A stretch of 64,000 bases of DNA from an uncultured delta proteobacterium (lineage in GTDB: Bacteria > Desulfobacterota > Binatia > UBA9968): the NCBI GenBank assembly GCA_963804165.1, contig CAWDPO010000004.1, positions 32,001-96,000 of the forward strand. The letters run 5' to 3'. The notes beneath the pieces were generated by a model. That model saw only the letters and a program-made list of their open reading frames with translations. It was not told where the DNA came from and searched no databases. Positions 52,290 to 64,000 of the stretch are shown here, one piece after another. Position 1 is the first letter of the stretch. Each line of letters opens with the position of its first letter. The position numbers and the translations under genes were made by a program.

Positions 52290-52865
52290 CTAGTCGCGAC
52301 CCGTAGCGCTTCGCGGAGTTCTGTTTTTTCCCGATCGTTTCGCCTTTCGTTTATATTCTTGCGCCTTTTCAACCTTGGTTCCGAAGCTGCCATGCTTCCA
52401 CTCGACACTTCCCCGATCGCCGATGATCAGATAGCGCAGAGCCTTCGTTACGGAGCTTGCCGCGATTCCGCCGCGCTGTTCGATTTCCCGCTCACAACTA
52501 TCCCGCCGACCATAAACAAAATCGCCGGTAAGGCAAAAACGCATACCGGTGAATTCGGACGTCGGTACTTCATCAAACGCGAACTGCGATACATGATTCG
52601 GCGCCGCAAGGTTTTCGGCCGTTCCGCCAATGAGTTCCTGTAGAGTATCAAGTAAGTAAGTGCGCTCGGTCTCAGTCACAATTCCATCGGCTAGGACACT
52701 TTTGACGCGCGCATGAACAATATCGCCTGGCCAACCCGCGCAGATTTCATCGTTAGAGACCAGCCAATCGTTAAGAAACTTGATTTCGGTGTCGTTCAAG
52801 TGACCGTCGCAGACCATTCCTTGAGCGATTCCGAGCAACGCACGCAATCGGCTACTGTGCTGCAA
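52290..52865 (-). pseudogene. TerB-like plus BRCT domain protein, ends damaged
   Basis: LLGIAQGMVCDGHLNDTEI; FCLTGDF, GG, YLIIG, WKHGSFGTKVEKA BRCT motifs. Confidence 0.7.
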
Positions 52866-52899
52866 CCAGAAGAATTAACCACACCTAACCGGAGGAGAC

Positions 52900-54006
52900 A
52901 TGGTCGACTTTATCAACCCATCACACCCATCGGAATTTGCAGTTTTAAGACTTGTTGCCGAAGCGCAAGAGGGCGGCGGCGATGTCTTCGATATCGGTCG
53001 TCTCTGCAGAACACTCGAGCCCGACGATAGGGTCGGGTGGGAAAAAGGTTGGCTTGGGCTCGCCGAGGCAACCGAAGCCAAGGCCAAGCACGAGCTGGCA
53101 TTAGGCCACAAGCGAACCGCTATGCAGTTTTTCTTCCATGCGAACCAATATTACCGAATGTCCGACGTGTTCCTCGCCGGCGATGAGCTGGAGCGCAGAA
53201 AGGCGCGCTTTCTAAAGTGCCAGGAAGACTTCCACGCCGCGGCAAAATTGCATTCTCCGAGGATCGAAACGATCAAAATCCCTTGCGGTGCAGAATACGA
53301 AGGTTACTTCTGTCATCCGGTAAACCCGGCGCCAGGCAAGTGGCCCGTGGTTTTTCTCATCGGCGGTGCTGATGCGTTCTCGGAAGAACTCTACTTCGAC
53401 GGCCGTCCCGCCACAGAGCGCGGCTGGGCTTTACTGCTGGTCGACACGCCAGGGCGCGGTTCGTCGATCTATGTGAAAGGCATTCCTGCGCGGCCGGACT
53501 ATGAAGTCCCGGTCAAGGCTTGCTTCGACTATTTGGTTTCTCGACCCGAGGTGGATCCGAATAGAATTGCCGTCATCGGCATCAGTATGGCCGGCTACTA
53601 CGCGCCGCGCGCGGTCGCTTTCGAGCCGCGCACGAAAGCCTATATCGGCTGGTCGGGCTGCTACAGCGTGTTGGACGATCTCTACGAGTTTTGCCCAAAT
53701 CTGCGGACGACCGTGCGGCGCCTTCTCGGCGGCGTGACCGACGAGCAAGCTCGCGAGCAGCTTAAGGCGTTCACCATGGAAGGCATTTCGCAGAATATCA
53801 AATGTCCGACGTTGATTACCCACGGCGGTCACGACATCCGCATGAGCGTCGAAGGCGCCAAGCGGCTCTTCAACGAGATCGGCGCCAAGGACAAGACTCT
53901 GAAAATCTACGACGACCCAAAAGCCGGCGGGACAATTCACTGCAGCCACGACTACTGGGCGCACAACGTCCCGTTCATGCTCGACTGGCTCGAAGAACGT
54001 CTATAA
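52900..54006 (+). CDS. Alpha/beta hydrolase (FrsA / 2,6-dihydroxypseudooxynicotine hydrolase-like)
   Basis: GGADAFSEE, DTPGRG, GISMAG nucleophile elbow, HC at the C-terminus. Confidence 0.85.
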   Translation: MVDFINPSHPSEFAVLRLVAEAQEGGGDVFDIGRLCRTLEPDDRVGWEKGWLGLAEATEAKAKHELALGHKRTAMQFFFHANQYYRMSDVFLAGDELERRKARFLKCQEDFHAAAKLHSPRIETIKIPCGAEYEGYFCHPVNPAPGKWPVVFLIGGADAFSEELYFDGRPATERGWALLLVDTPGRGSSIYVKGIPARPDYEVPVKACFDYLVSRPEVDPNRIAVIGISMAGYYAPRAVAFEPRTKAYIGWSGCYSVLDDLYEFCPNLRTTVRRLLGGVTDEQAREQLKAFTMEGISQNIKCPTLITHGGHDIRMSVEGAKRLFNEIGAKDKTLKIYDDPKAGGTIHCSHDYWAHNVPFMLDWLEERL

Positions 54007-54100
54007 AAGCTCAGGGAGCCGGACCAACAATGTGTAGACCGGATGATAACTGTTTGCGTTGTCATCCCGAGCGACAGACTGCGTGAAAACTCTCACGGAG

Positions 54101-54196
54101 CCCTTCGACTCTGCTCAGGGCGAACGGATAAGGACTCAAGTCTAATAACCCACACCGTTCGTGCTGGCCCAGCCTGCCCTGAGCAAAGCCGAAGGG
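54101..54196. repeat. REP/MITE-like inverted repeat
   Basis: CCCTTCGACTCTGCTCAGGGC ... GCCCTGAGCAAAGCCGAAGGG with inner CGAACGG/CCGTTCG. Confidence 0.7.
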
Positions 54197-54398
54197 AACC
54201 ATTTCACCCAGTCCAACGGAGCGACAAATCTATTCGAAACCAAGCTGCAGCTCAGCGCCATCCTAAGTCGCCGTTCCTTCAATCATATTCCTGCTGGCGC
54301 CTCGACCTTACAAATTCGTCAGTCCAGGTGAACCATCGCTGGGCTCACGCCTGCCGAAGTCAACGTTCTTGATCACTCTTTAGGCAAGCGCCCGGCAC

Positions 54399-55063
54399 AT
54401 GGGTAAGCACATCGCCGGAAATCCGAGCATCATCGTCGAAAACATGGCCGAAGCCGCAAGTCTGATCTCGGCGAATTATGTTTACAAAGCCGCCAAGCCC
54501 GACGGACTCACAATCGGTCATTTCATCGGCGGACGACGTTCCCCATGTGCTTCAGGCCGCGCTCGGCCTGCCGCCTGCAAGTCGTGTCGGGATACAAAGG
54601 TACCGCCGATATTCGCATCGCGGGCCGAAAGCGGCGAAGTGGCCTTCTGAACCGGCTGGGAATCTTTCAAATCGACCTGGCGCAAATCGCTCGATTCAGG
54701 TGACGCATTTATCGCCGTTCAAGCGGTCGCCAAACCTCATCCCGAGCTGCCCAAAGTGCCTCTGGCGATGAATTACGCCAAAACCGAGGAGGCCAAAAAA
54801 CTGATTCAGGTTGGCGCCCATGACCCTGGCACGCTCGCGCGCCCTTTCGTCTTACCTCCGGGCACTCCGAAGGATCGGGTGCAAATCCTGCGCAAGGTGT
54901 TCGCGGACACCATGGACGATGCGGAATTCCTCGCCGAAGCCAAGAAGAGCAACCTGGATATCAGCCCTCTATCCGGGGAGGATGTGGCGAAGACGGTGGA
55001 GAATATTTTTAAGATCGGCCTGCCATCGCCGCCAAGTTGAAGCAGATCCTGCTGTTCAAGTAG
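54399..55063 (+). pseudogene. TTT-family (Bug/TctC) substrate-binding protein remnant
   Basis: GNPSIIVENM, KPDGLTIG, RPFVLPPGTPKDRV in different frames, with an internal deletion. Confidence 0.8.
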
Positions 55064-55082
55064 GGGCGACCGGCGGTCGCCC
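55060..55082 (+). repeat. GTAG-type REP palindrome
   Basis: GTAG-GGGCGACC-ggc-GGTCGCCC. Confidence 0.65.
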
Positions 55083-55109
55083 GTTACTCATGGGCGCGCA
55101 CGTCGCTTG

Positions 55110-55517
55110 CTACTGCACGAGTTGTGGCGCCGGTTGAATCACTTCAACAGGCAACGAGCCGATGTGCTCGCCATCGCTGTCAATGGCAAATTCGTAAGCA
55201 CCAGGCCCAGGGACGGTTAGATTGGCCACGCGCAAGTTGATGTTGGCGTGATAAAGATTGGTCACGTTGTTCCGTTCAATGACCTGGTGTCTGGCATCCG
55301 CGCGCATTACAGACTGTCCCTCCACCCTGCGGAATTCGATGGTGAGGCCATGATCGCCCGCGCCGTCAAATCCTACTTGAGCGAAAAGCCAAAACGTCGG
55401 CAGAGGAGCGCGAAAGTCGCCGACGATAAACCGGTCGAAAAGCCCCATGAGACTGAACTTGCCCGACTTCTCTTCGCGCACGTCATCGCACAGGGTGGCA
55501 AGGAATAATTTCGCCAT
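55110..55517 (-). CDS. Conserved hypothetical protein (DUF6941-like)
   Basis: LCDDVREEKSGKFSLMGLFD...PGPGAYEF. Confidence 0.7.
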   Translation of the reverse strand: MAKLFLATLCDDVREEKSGKFSLMGLFDRFIVGDFRAPLPTFWLFAQVGFDGAGDHGLTIEFRRVEGQSVMRADARHQVIERNNVTNLYHANINLRVANLTVPGPGAYEFAIDSDGEHIGSLPVEVIQPAPQLVQ

Positions 55518-55537
55518 GAGACTCGCTTCCGCATCCG

Positions 55538-56818
<1,281 letters not shown>

Positions 56819-57190
56819 CTACGATAGCTCGAAGGCATTCTCGATGTGTTCCACCACGGGTTCGCGTCCCGGCCAAGAGATGCCGACGACGTCGAACCGA
56901 GCATCGCGCTGATGGAGTTTCTTTTCCGCGAGAAAATACTGCGCCGCCTGAGTCATCTTTTGCTGCTTTCTAAACTCGACAGCCTCGAACGGCGTCCCGA
57001 AAGCGTGACCGGTACGCGTTTTTACTTCGACGAAAACAACCACGCGGCGATCTAAAACAATCAGGTCAAGCTCGCCCAAGGGGCAGCGATAGTTGCGCTC
57101 GACCAGTTTGTAACCTTTTTTTATGAGATACCGCTCCGCGATCCGCTCGCCTTCTTTACCGAGCACCTGTTTGCCGTTATTCAGGCTCAT
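56819..57190 (-). CDS. yraN: YraN family endonuclease-like protein
   Basis: LGKEGE, GELDLI, FVEVKTR, RFDVV. Confidence 0.93.
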   Translation of the reverse strand: MSLNNGKQVLGKEGERIAERYLIKKGYKLVERNYRCPLGELDLIVLDRRVVVFVEVKTRTGHAFGTPFEAVEFRKQQKMTQAAQYFLAEKKLHQRDARFDVVGISWPGREPVVEHIENAFELS

Positions 57191-57906
57191 TGTTCGAACA
57201 GCGGCCCGTTCGTCTCTTGTTGCGGCGACACTTCGCGCACCGGCTTAAAACTTTGGCGGTGAACCGGCGACGGTCCATAGCGGCGCAACGCTTCAAAATG
57301 CGCTGCACAACTGTAGCCTTTATGGCTGGCAAACCCATATTCCGGGTATTTTTTGTCGAGCTCGATCATCATCGCGTCGCGCGCAACTTTCGCGAGAATC
57401 GATGCCGCGGCGATGGAGATACATAATTGATCGCCCTTGATTATAGTCTTTTGATACAGCGATCTGCCGCCAGTGAATTTTCCCATGCGAAACAGCGACC
57501 CCGGTATGGGCTGGTTTCCATCGATCAACACGCAATCCGGTTTCGAATTCAAGGCGGCCAGCGCTTTGACCATGGCGAGCAAGCTGGCCTGCAAGATATT
57601 GATCCGATCGATCTCGTCGACCTCACCGACGCCAATACCCCAGCAAAGCGATTCCTGCCGGATCACCGGCGCCAATTTCTCTCGCTGCAGCGCCGACAGC
57701 AATTTCGAGTCTTTGATCTCGGCGTGAGTAAAGCCGCGCGGCAGGATCACCGCCGCGGCAACCACGGGACCGGCGAGCGGACCGCGTCCGGCTTCGTCGA
57801 TACCGGCAATAAATTGGAACCCGCGCGTGTAGCTCCGTTCTTCGAAATCACGAAACTGCAGTGCCTCTTTCGCCTCCGCCACCAATGACAACTGTCCGCC
57901 TTTCAC
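57187..57906 (-). CDS. rnhB: Ribonuclease HII
   Basis: GIDEAGRGPLAGPV, DSK, IDGN, KGD, AASILAKVARD. Confidence 0.97.
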   Translation of the reverse strand: MKGGQLSLVAEAKEALQFRDFEERSYTRGFQFIAGIDEAGRGPLAGPVVAAAVILPRGFTHAEIKDSKLLSALQREKLAPVIRQESLCWGIGVGEVDEIDRINILQASLLAMVKALAALNSKPDCVLIDGNQPIPGSLFRMGKFTGGRSLYQKTIIKGDQLCISIAAASILAKVARDAMMIELDKKYPEYGFASHKGYSCAAHFEALRRYGPSPVHRQSFKPVREVSPQQETNGPLFEQ

Positions 57907-58021
57907 GGTGTCTATTGTTAGCGAAAAGGTCCTCTAACTGCAAATAAAATAACCTCTTTAGGTTGTCAGGCACGCCGTAACTCTATTGGAATTGGTCGCG
58001 CCCTTATGTTAAAAATTTGCT

Positions 58022-58309
58022 ATGAAATTGACCCGCGAGGAAATTGAGCGCGTCGCGGTTTTGGCGAGACTGCGACTGACGCCCGAAGAGCAGGCAAGCC
58101 TCACCGAAGAGCTTGATCACATTCTCGGCTATATGGAGAAGTTAAACCAGCTCGATACCGCGGACGTCGAACCGTTTAGCCACGCCGTCAATATCGAAAA
58201 TTCCCTGCGCGAAGACCAAATCACCAATCAGCCCAACGCCGACGCGCTATTGGCCAACGCGCCCGACCGCGACGCGACTTTCTTCAAAGTTCCGAAGATC
58301 ATCGAATGA
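58022..58309 (+). CDS. gatC: Asp/Glu-tRNA amidotransferase subunit C
   Basis: VAVLARL, LRED, FKVPKII. Confidence 0.95.
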   Translation: MKLTREEIERVAVLARLRLTPEEQASLTEELDHILGYMEKLNQLDTADVEPFSHAVNIENSLREDQITNQPNADALLANAPDRDATFFKVPKIIE

Positions 58310-59772
58310 GTCTCGCTCAGCTTACGCTACACGAGGCGAGTGACAAACTGCACAAGTGCGAGCTTAGCTCTGTGGAGCTGACCGAAGCAGTTTTTCAACG
58401 CATCGCCGACACCGAAGATAAGGTTCATGCTTATCTGACGTTGGCGCGGGATGCCGCCATCGACCAAGCTCGACAAGCCGATAAGGACCTAAAGCAACCT
58501 GGCGAGCACGCAGCGCTTTTAGGGATACCGCTTGCGCTCAAAGACAATTTTCTCACCAAAGGCCTACGCACGACCTGCGCGTCAAAAATTCTCGGTGACT
58601 TCATTTCACCCTACGATGCCACGACGGTCGATAAGGTTCGTACGGCCGGCGCGATCATTATCGGGAAAACCAATCTCGACGAATTCGCCATGGGCTCCTC
58701 CGTCGAGAACTCGGCTTTTTTTTCGACGTGCAATCCGTGGGACCTGGAGCGAATACCGGGCGGGTCATCCGGCGGCTCAGCAGCCGCCGTCGCCGCTGAT
58801 GAATGTATTGTGGCGCTCGGTACTGACACCGGCGGGTCCATTCGTCAGCCCGCCGCTTGTTGCGGCATCGTTGGGCTCAAGCCGACCTACGGCCGAGTCA
58901 GCCGCTATGGAATTATTGCTTTTGCGTCTTCGATGGATCAGGTCGGTCCGATGACTAAAGACGTGCGCGATGCGGCGCTGTTGCTCGAAGCGATTGCGGG
59001 ACATGATCCGGCTGATTCGACCTCCGTCAACGCAAGCGTGCCACGCTACGCCGCGGCGCTTAAGGGCGACATCAAAGGGCTACGTCTGGGCATTCCGAAA
59101 GAGTATTTCGTGTCAGGCATGCAAATCGAAGTGGGAGAAGCCGTGCGCAGTGCCATTCGCGAACTAGAGAAACACGGCGCCGTGATCGAAGAGATTTCGT
59201 TGCCGCACACGGAATATGCGGTGGCGGTCTACTACATTGTCGCCACAGCCGAAGCGAGCTCGAATCTGGCCCGCTACGATGGCATGCGCTACGGCTACCG
59301 CGCCAACGCCAAAGACCTAACCGAGACCTATATGCTGACCCGCGACCAAGGATTCGGCGCCGAAGTCAAACGTCGCATCATCCTTGGCACGTACGCGTTA
59401 TCGGCCGGCTACTACGACGCTTATTATCTCAAAGCGCAGCGCGTGCGCACGCTGATCAGAAAAGATTTTGACGCCGCCTTCGAGCGCTGCGACGTGATCG
59501 TCACGCCGACTGCACCGACCACCGCCTTCAGGCTCGGCGAAAAGACTCAAGACCCATTGCAAATGTATCTATCTGACATCTACACGATATCGATCAACCT
59601 GGCCGGCTTGCCCGCGATCTCTCTACCCTGTGGCTTCGATGGTGAGGGCATGCCTATCGGACTACAGATCATCGGCAAACATTTCGACGAAGCAACGATT
59701 CTCCGCGTGGCTAATACTTATGAGCGAGCGACGGAGTGGCACAAGAAAAAACCGAGGATCCAGGATCGATGA
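58306..59772 (+). CDS. gatA: Amidotransferase subunit A
   Basis: [40 protein letters not shown]. Confidence 0.97.
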   Translation: MSLAQLTLHEASDKLHKCELSSVELTEAVFQRIADTEDKVHAYLTLARDAAIDQARQADKDLKQPGEHAALLGIPLALKDNFLTKGLRTTCASKILGDFISPYDATTVDKVRTAGAIIIGKTNLDEFAMGSSVENSAFFSTCNPWDLERIPGGSSGGSAAAVAADECIVALGTDTGGSIRQPAACCGIVGLKPTYGRVSRYGIIAFASSMDQVGPMTKDVRDAALLLEAIAGHDPADSTSVNASVPRYAAALKGDIKGLRLGIPKEYFVSGMQIEVGEAVRSAIRELEKHGAVIEEISLPHTEYAVAVYYIVATAEASSNLARYDGMRYGYRANAKDLTETYMLTRDQGFGAEVKRRIILGTYALSAGYYDAYYLKAQRVRTLIRKDFDAAFERCDVIVTPTAPTTAFRLGEKTQDPLQMYLSDIYTISINLAGLPAISLPCGFDGEGMPIGLQIIGKHFDEATILRVANTYERATEWHKKKPRIQDR

Positions 59773-59821
59773 TGGAGCATCGCGATTCACTCTCGATCTT
59801 CTACTCCCGACTTGTGAAATC

Positions 59822-61276
59822 ATGAAATACGAACCCGTTATAGGCTTGGAAGTCCATGCCCAGTTATTGACCGAGTCAAAAATCTTCTGCGGCTGTTCGA
59901 CTAAATTCGGCCAAGAGCCCAATCAAAACACTTGTCCGGTTTGCACCGGTTTCCCGGGCGTCTTGCCGGTACTCAATAGACGCGTCGTCGAATTGGCGAT
60001 CAAGGCGGGGCTGGCAACCCACTGCAAGATCGCGCGCTCGAGCATTCTGGCGCGTAAGAATTACTTTTATCCGGATCTGCCCAAAGGTTATCAAATCAGC
60101 CAATACGAGTTACCCGTCTGTACCGGCGGCTATATCGACGTGGATATCGATGGAACTCAAAAGCGCGTGCGCCTAACGCGTATTCACATGGAAGAAGACG
60201 CTGGAAAAAATATTCACGACGCCCACAGCGACGCTAGTTTAGTCGATCTAAACCGCGCCGGCGTGCCGCTCTTGGAAATCGTCAGCGAGCCGGACATGCG
60301 CACCGCGGCGGACGCCGGCGTTTATTTGCGAACTCTCAGGCAAATCCTCCAGTATCTCGAGGTGTGCGACGGCAACATGGAGGAAGGCAGTTTTCGCTGC
60401 GACGCCAATGTGTCGGTACGCCCCGAGGAAACCGATGCGTTGGGCACGAAGATCGAAATCAAGAATTTGAATTCGTTCAAGGCCGTCGAAAACGCCATCA
60501 AGTTTGAAACCCAGCGACAGATCGAAACCCTGTCGGAAGGCGGCAGCCTCTTCCAGGAAACCCGCCTATGGGACGAACATCGCGGGAAAACTCGCGCCAT
60601 GAGATCAAAGGAATCAGCGCACGACTATCGCTACTTTCCCGACCCGGACCTTCTGCCGCTCGTCATCGACCAAGCTTGGATCGCGGAGGTTCGCGCCGGG
60701 CTGCCGGAGCTGCCGTCCGCGCGCCAGGCTCGTTTCATCGCCGAGTATAGACTGCCCGTTTACGATGCGGAGCTGCTGACCGGCCGAAAAGACATCGCCG
60801 ATTATTTTGAGGATGCCGTGAAAGCGCAGGCGAATACCAAAGCGCTCGCCAACTGGATTGTCGGTAATCTGTTCCGCGTCCTCAAAGAACGCAAACTCGA
60901 CGAGCAACTTTACATTTCGCAATGGCCGGTGGCCGCTGAGCATTTAGCGCAGTTGGTGCGAATGATCGATGACGGCAAGATCAGCGGAAAAATCGCCAAG
61001 ACGGTATTCGACGCGATGATTGACTCGAATAATCCGCCGCAACAAATTGTCGGCGAGAAGGGCTTGGAACAGGTTTCCGATGAGGGCAGAATAGAGGCAG
61101 CCATCGACCAGGTACTCGCTTCAAATCCGAAACAAATTGCGCAGTATCAGTCCGGCAACGAAAAAGTCTTTGGCTATTTTGTCGGCCAAATCATGAAAGC
61201 GACGCAGGGCAAAGCCAATCCCCAGAAGGTAAACGAGATCCTCCGAGAAAAGCTAGAAAGCTCAGGTCATCAGTGA
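59822..61276 (+). CDS. gatB: Amidotransferase subunit B
   Basis: IGLEVHAQL, RKNYFYPDLPKGYQISQ, HMEEDAGK, YRYFPDPDL. Confidence 0.97.
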   Translation: MKYEPVIGLEVHAQLLTESKIFCGCSTKFGQEPNQNTCPVCTGFPGVLPVLNRRVVELAIKAGLATHCKIARSSILARKNYFYPDLPKGYQISQYELPVCTGGYIDVDIDGTQKRVRLTRIHMEEDAGKNIHDAHSDASLVDLNRAGVPLLEIVSEPDMRTAADAGVYLRTLRQILQYLEVCDGNMEEGSFRCDANVSVRPEETDALGTKIEIKNLNSFKAVENAIKFETQRQIETLSEGGSLFQETRLWDEHRGKTRAMRSKESAHDYRYFPDPDLLPLVIDQAWIAEVRAGLPELPSARQARFIAEYRLPVYDAELLTGRKDIADYFEDAVKAQANTKALANWIVGNLFRVLKERKLDEQLYISQWPVAAEHLAQLVRMIDDGKISGKIAKTVFDAMIDSNNPPQQIVGEKGLEQVSDEGRIEAAIDQVLASNPKQIAQYQSGNEKVFGYFVGQIMKATQGKANPQKVNEILREKLESSGHQ

Positions 61277-61356
61277 GCGGCGCCTGCCGGGCTAACCTTC
61301 CGCGCATGACGCCGCCGAGCCCCTCAGGCTTCTAATGAGTTACGCGAACTGAATTA

Positions 61357-63777
61357 TCAAGGTACCGAGCTGCGCGCTTCCGGTCTAAATGCCTGCGGCA
61401 AATTGATGATGATGCCGTTGACTCCGTCTTGCTTGAACGTTCGAAGTTGACGTTCCGCTTCGTCACGAAGAGCAAAATTTCCGAGCCGCACTCTCAGCGC
61501 GCCGTCCGCGCCCGCTTCGGTAATCGAAACCGCGAAGCCGCGCCGCTCCATGGCTTCGGCCCAATGCTGAGCTTTTTCTTTGTCGTTAAAGGCCAATTGG
61601 ATGATAAATCCTTCGAGGGCTTTCGGTAGCGGGCGCGTCAAAATCTTTTTCTCCGGCACAACTTCAAGTGGTTTATTCTTCAATGAGGCGAACTGCTCAC
61701 CGGCGGGCTTTTCGGAAAGTTTTTCTTGATTCGCTGCCCCCGCGATGGGCGCCGCCGCTTTTGGCGCAACGACCGGGGACTCTGTTTTCGCGCCGCTGAG
61801 GACTGGGGCAGGTTTTAGCGGCTCCACTGTGGGAGCGGGCTCCGTCGCTTTCGCCACCGGCGTCGGCGGCAGAACGGTCGAGCGAGTTTTCGTGCGAGAA
61901 GCCTTTTCTTCAAGATTTTCTATTGGCGCCATTGCTGGGACGAGGCTCTTTTGTGGAGCAGTCTCGGATTTTGCCGCCGACGCGATGACGGTCGGAATCG
62001 GCTGCTGGGCTTTCGGCTCAGACTTTATCTCCTCGTGGGGGTCTTTTGTCGCCGTGACTACCCGCTTCTCATCCGGCGCCGCCGCAGGTTTGACTGCGAC
62101 GGGCTCGGCAATTCTTTCTTCGCGCGCGGGCGCAAGCGGCTGCGCTTTGAGTTCCACCGGCGGCAAAGCAGCGGGCGCGCTGCGTTTTGCTGGGCTCTCT
62201 GATTGTCGCGGCGTTGATGTTGCCGCCGCCTGCGGCGGCTCGATTGCGGCCGGACGGCTCTCCGCCTTGGATACCGTGGAAACAGGTGCTTGCACCTTTC
62301 CTTCAACCCCGCTTGACTTATCCTGCGCTTTGGCAATCGGCGCGGGCGGTACGGCAGGTTTCTGCGGCTGCACTTCTTGAAGCGGTTTTGCTCTTTCGCG
62401 ATCGTCGGCTGGCTTCGGTGGTATTGCCGATTTCGCCGGCTGGCGCGACTCCTCGCTCGCCTTGATTTCCGGCTCGGTCTTTTTCGTCTCGACCGGCGGA
62501 TTCAGTGCAGTCCGATTCACTTCTTCGAGACGCATTTCTTGTGCTCTGACACTGGGCAGATCCACTGTCGCCTTGGAAGCCGGTGCGACCGCCGCGGCCT
62601 TGATCTCCACGGTAGCCGGCTGCGTTTCAGCCGGTTTTGCTTCGACCATCGGTATTTGAGCTGTCGCCACTGGCGTTGGCGGTGGTTGCGGCGTCGCGAC
62701 CACGGCTTCCGACTTTGTCTCGACGACCGGCACATCGGCCCGGGGCGTTTCGGCACGCGGCTGGAGTGCAACCTTCTTCGTATCGGCATCGCTTCGTCCG
62801 GCTGCCGATTTTTCGATTGAATTCTGCGATAAGTCCGATCCTTGTGCAGTCGCTACGGGATTTTGTTGCGCCATCGGCGCGGTTTTAGCTTCCGCTTTGG
62901 TTTGCGGCGGCGTTGGCTTGGTAACCATGCGCGGCGCCGTTTCTTCGGCCGGTGGAGAATCTTTTTTCGCGGTTTCAGCCTTTTGGACAATATCACCGGC
63001 GGTGTCCTTTATCTGAGCCGGCGGTACCGCAGCTGGGACCGCTTGGGACTGAGCTGGGGCAGAGGCTAAATTGTCCTCGCGAATCGCTGGACGAAAATCC
63101 GGTCGAGGATTTTGCGCCTGATACGAGACTAGGGCGAGCGGGCCATTCTCTTCCTCGCCAAATATTACCGCGTCACCGAGCAAATCATTTTGGTTGATTT
63201 CATCGCGCAGATAACTGCGCACCCTTTCCTTTGGAAAATAAATAATCGCGCGCGCCATAGCAACCCGATTGCCAGCCGGTTCAGCAATCACGTTGCGCCA
63301 GGCGAGATTCAAACCGTAACCGCTGAGTTCGCGGTCTTGGTAAACTTCACTATCGCCGTTGACAATGTTCAACAGGTCACGGCCGTAGCGGGAAAAAAGC
63401 TGATGAACTTTTTCGCTGTATTCGCCCTTGGTCTCAAACGTCTCCGGCGTCGCGAGAACAACTTCCAGATAGCGTTCATCCGGCGTCTTGGTCGCAGAAT
63501 GAGTAAAGAATCCAATACCACCTACCGATGATATGTTGTTAGCGAACCGCAACGTGGCGGTCTTCGGATTGCGAACGATCCGCTCGACCAATCGATCGAG
63601 GTTTTCTCTATACTTCGTGCCGAGATATTTCGCCTTGGTGGTGCTGTAATAGGATGGCGGTGTGGTAATCAAACCCTTTGCGTCCGGCTTCCTTGGGGCG
63701 CTGTCGTCCAATATCGCGCAGCCGCTGATCAACCACGAAAAGACCAGAATCATTAGACAGTTTTGTGTGAACTTCAT
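61357..63777 (-). CDS. Lipoprotein with a long Pro/Ala-rich linker and C-terminal SPOR domain
   Basis: Lipobox ISGC; low-complexity middle; FIIQLAF...RVRLGNF...AE. Confidence 0.8.
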   Translation of the reverse strand: MKFTQNCLMILVFSWLISGCAILDDSAPRKPDAKGLITTPPSYYSTTKAKYLGTKYRENLDRLVERIVRNPKTATLRFANNISSVGGIGFFTHSATKTPDERYLEVVLATPETFETKGEYSEKVHQLFSRYGRDLLNIVNGDSEVYQDRELSGYGLNLAWRNVIAEPAGNRVAMARAIIYFPKERVRSYLRDEINQNDLLGDAVIFGEEENGPLALVSYQAQNPRPDFRPAIREDNLASAPAQSQAVPAAVPPAQIKDTAGDIVQKAETAKKDSPPAEETAPRMVTKPTPPQTKAEAKTAPMAQQNPVATAQGSDLSQNSIEKSAAGRSDADTKKVALQPRAETPRADVPVVETKSEAVVATPQPPPTPVATAQIPMVEAKPAETQPATVEIKAAAVAPASKATVDLPSVRAQEMRLEEVNRTALNPPVETKKTEPEIKASEESRQPAKSAIPPKPADDRERAKPLQEVQPQKPAVPPAPIAKAQDKSSGVEGKVQAPVSTVSKAESRPAAIEPPQAAATSTPRQSESPAKRSAPAALPPVELKAQPLAPAREERIAEPVAVKPAAAPDEKRVVTATKDPHEEIKSEPKAQQPIPTVIASAAKSETAPQKSLVPAMAPIENLEEKASRTKTRSTVLPPTPVAKATEPAPTVEPLKPAPVLSGAKTESPVVAPKAAAPIAGAANQEKLSEKPAGEQFASLKNKPLEVVPEKKILTRPLPKALEGFIIQLAFNDKEKAQHWAEAMERRGFAVSITEAGADGALRVRLGNFALRDEAERQLRTFKQDGVNGIIINLPQAFRPEARSSVP

Positions 63778-63936
63778 ACGGCCTCCCCATCAGCGTATCG
63801 GACGGAAGTAAATGCTTCTTCCTTGACACGACTACCCGATAACCTATAATGAAACGGTTTTTTGCGGAATATACCAAGACTATAGATGGTGGCGCATTCA
63901 AACACAACATTTTTTAGTTAGATCAGGGCAATTTTT

Positions 63937-64000
63937 ATGGCGATAGGCGAGCTTCTGTTAGCTAAAGGCATCATTACCGAGGACCAGCTCAAGGCGGTTC
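63937..64000 (+). CDS. Start of an MshEN-domain protein (PilB/GspE-like), runs off the window
   Basis: MAIGELLLAKGIITEDQLKAV matches the MshEN pattern. Confidence 0.6.
   Translation, partial: MAIGELLLAKGIITEDQLKAV

Noticed and set aside
61700-63100. Low-complexity Pro/Ala/Lys/Glu stretch as a repeat element
   Set aside because: It is an ordinary disordered linker of a SPOR lipoprotein with no DNA-level tandem repeat

Overview
Bacterial chromosome window. Gene style suggests a Binatia/deltaproteobacterium-like organism (inference only). (1) 1-21.4 kb is an arsenic plus phosphorus cluster: arsR-arsI/cadI-arsC, a Tat-exported PhoX-like phosphatase, a split pseudo-histidine-kinase/USP module, a broken porin, ppx-LMWPTP-like-sixA-CHAD, a divergent tandem pair of thymidylate-kinase-fold genes (PPK3-like candidate), pstSCAB-phoU-phoB-phoR, and DUF47-pit. 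Nearly every promoter carries 11-bp-periodic (G/T)TAA(C/T) Pho-box-like repeats. (2) A minus-strand housekeeping backbone runs rnhB-yraN-serS ... tRNA-Ser(TGA) ... tRNA-Ser(GCT)-tRNA-Arg(ACG) ... tadA-tRNA-Ser(CGA) ... tRNA-Ser(GGA)-SRP RNA-dnaX-ybaB-recR. (3) Two degraded phage-satellite-like islands sit at tRNA-Ser genes (about 24.5-31.7 kb and 40.9-48.3 kb). They carry integrases, excisionase-like HTHs, terminase subunits and a primase/helicase, and share a near-identical 458-bp cassette. (4) The rest includes a frameshifted ABC importer, an accessory patch, gatCAB, a SPOR protein and the start of an MshEN-type protein. Many single-base indels suggest long-read consensus errors on top of real decay. 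No CRISPR array or rRNA was seen. All calls are by eye, with no database searches.
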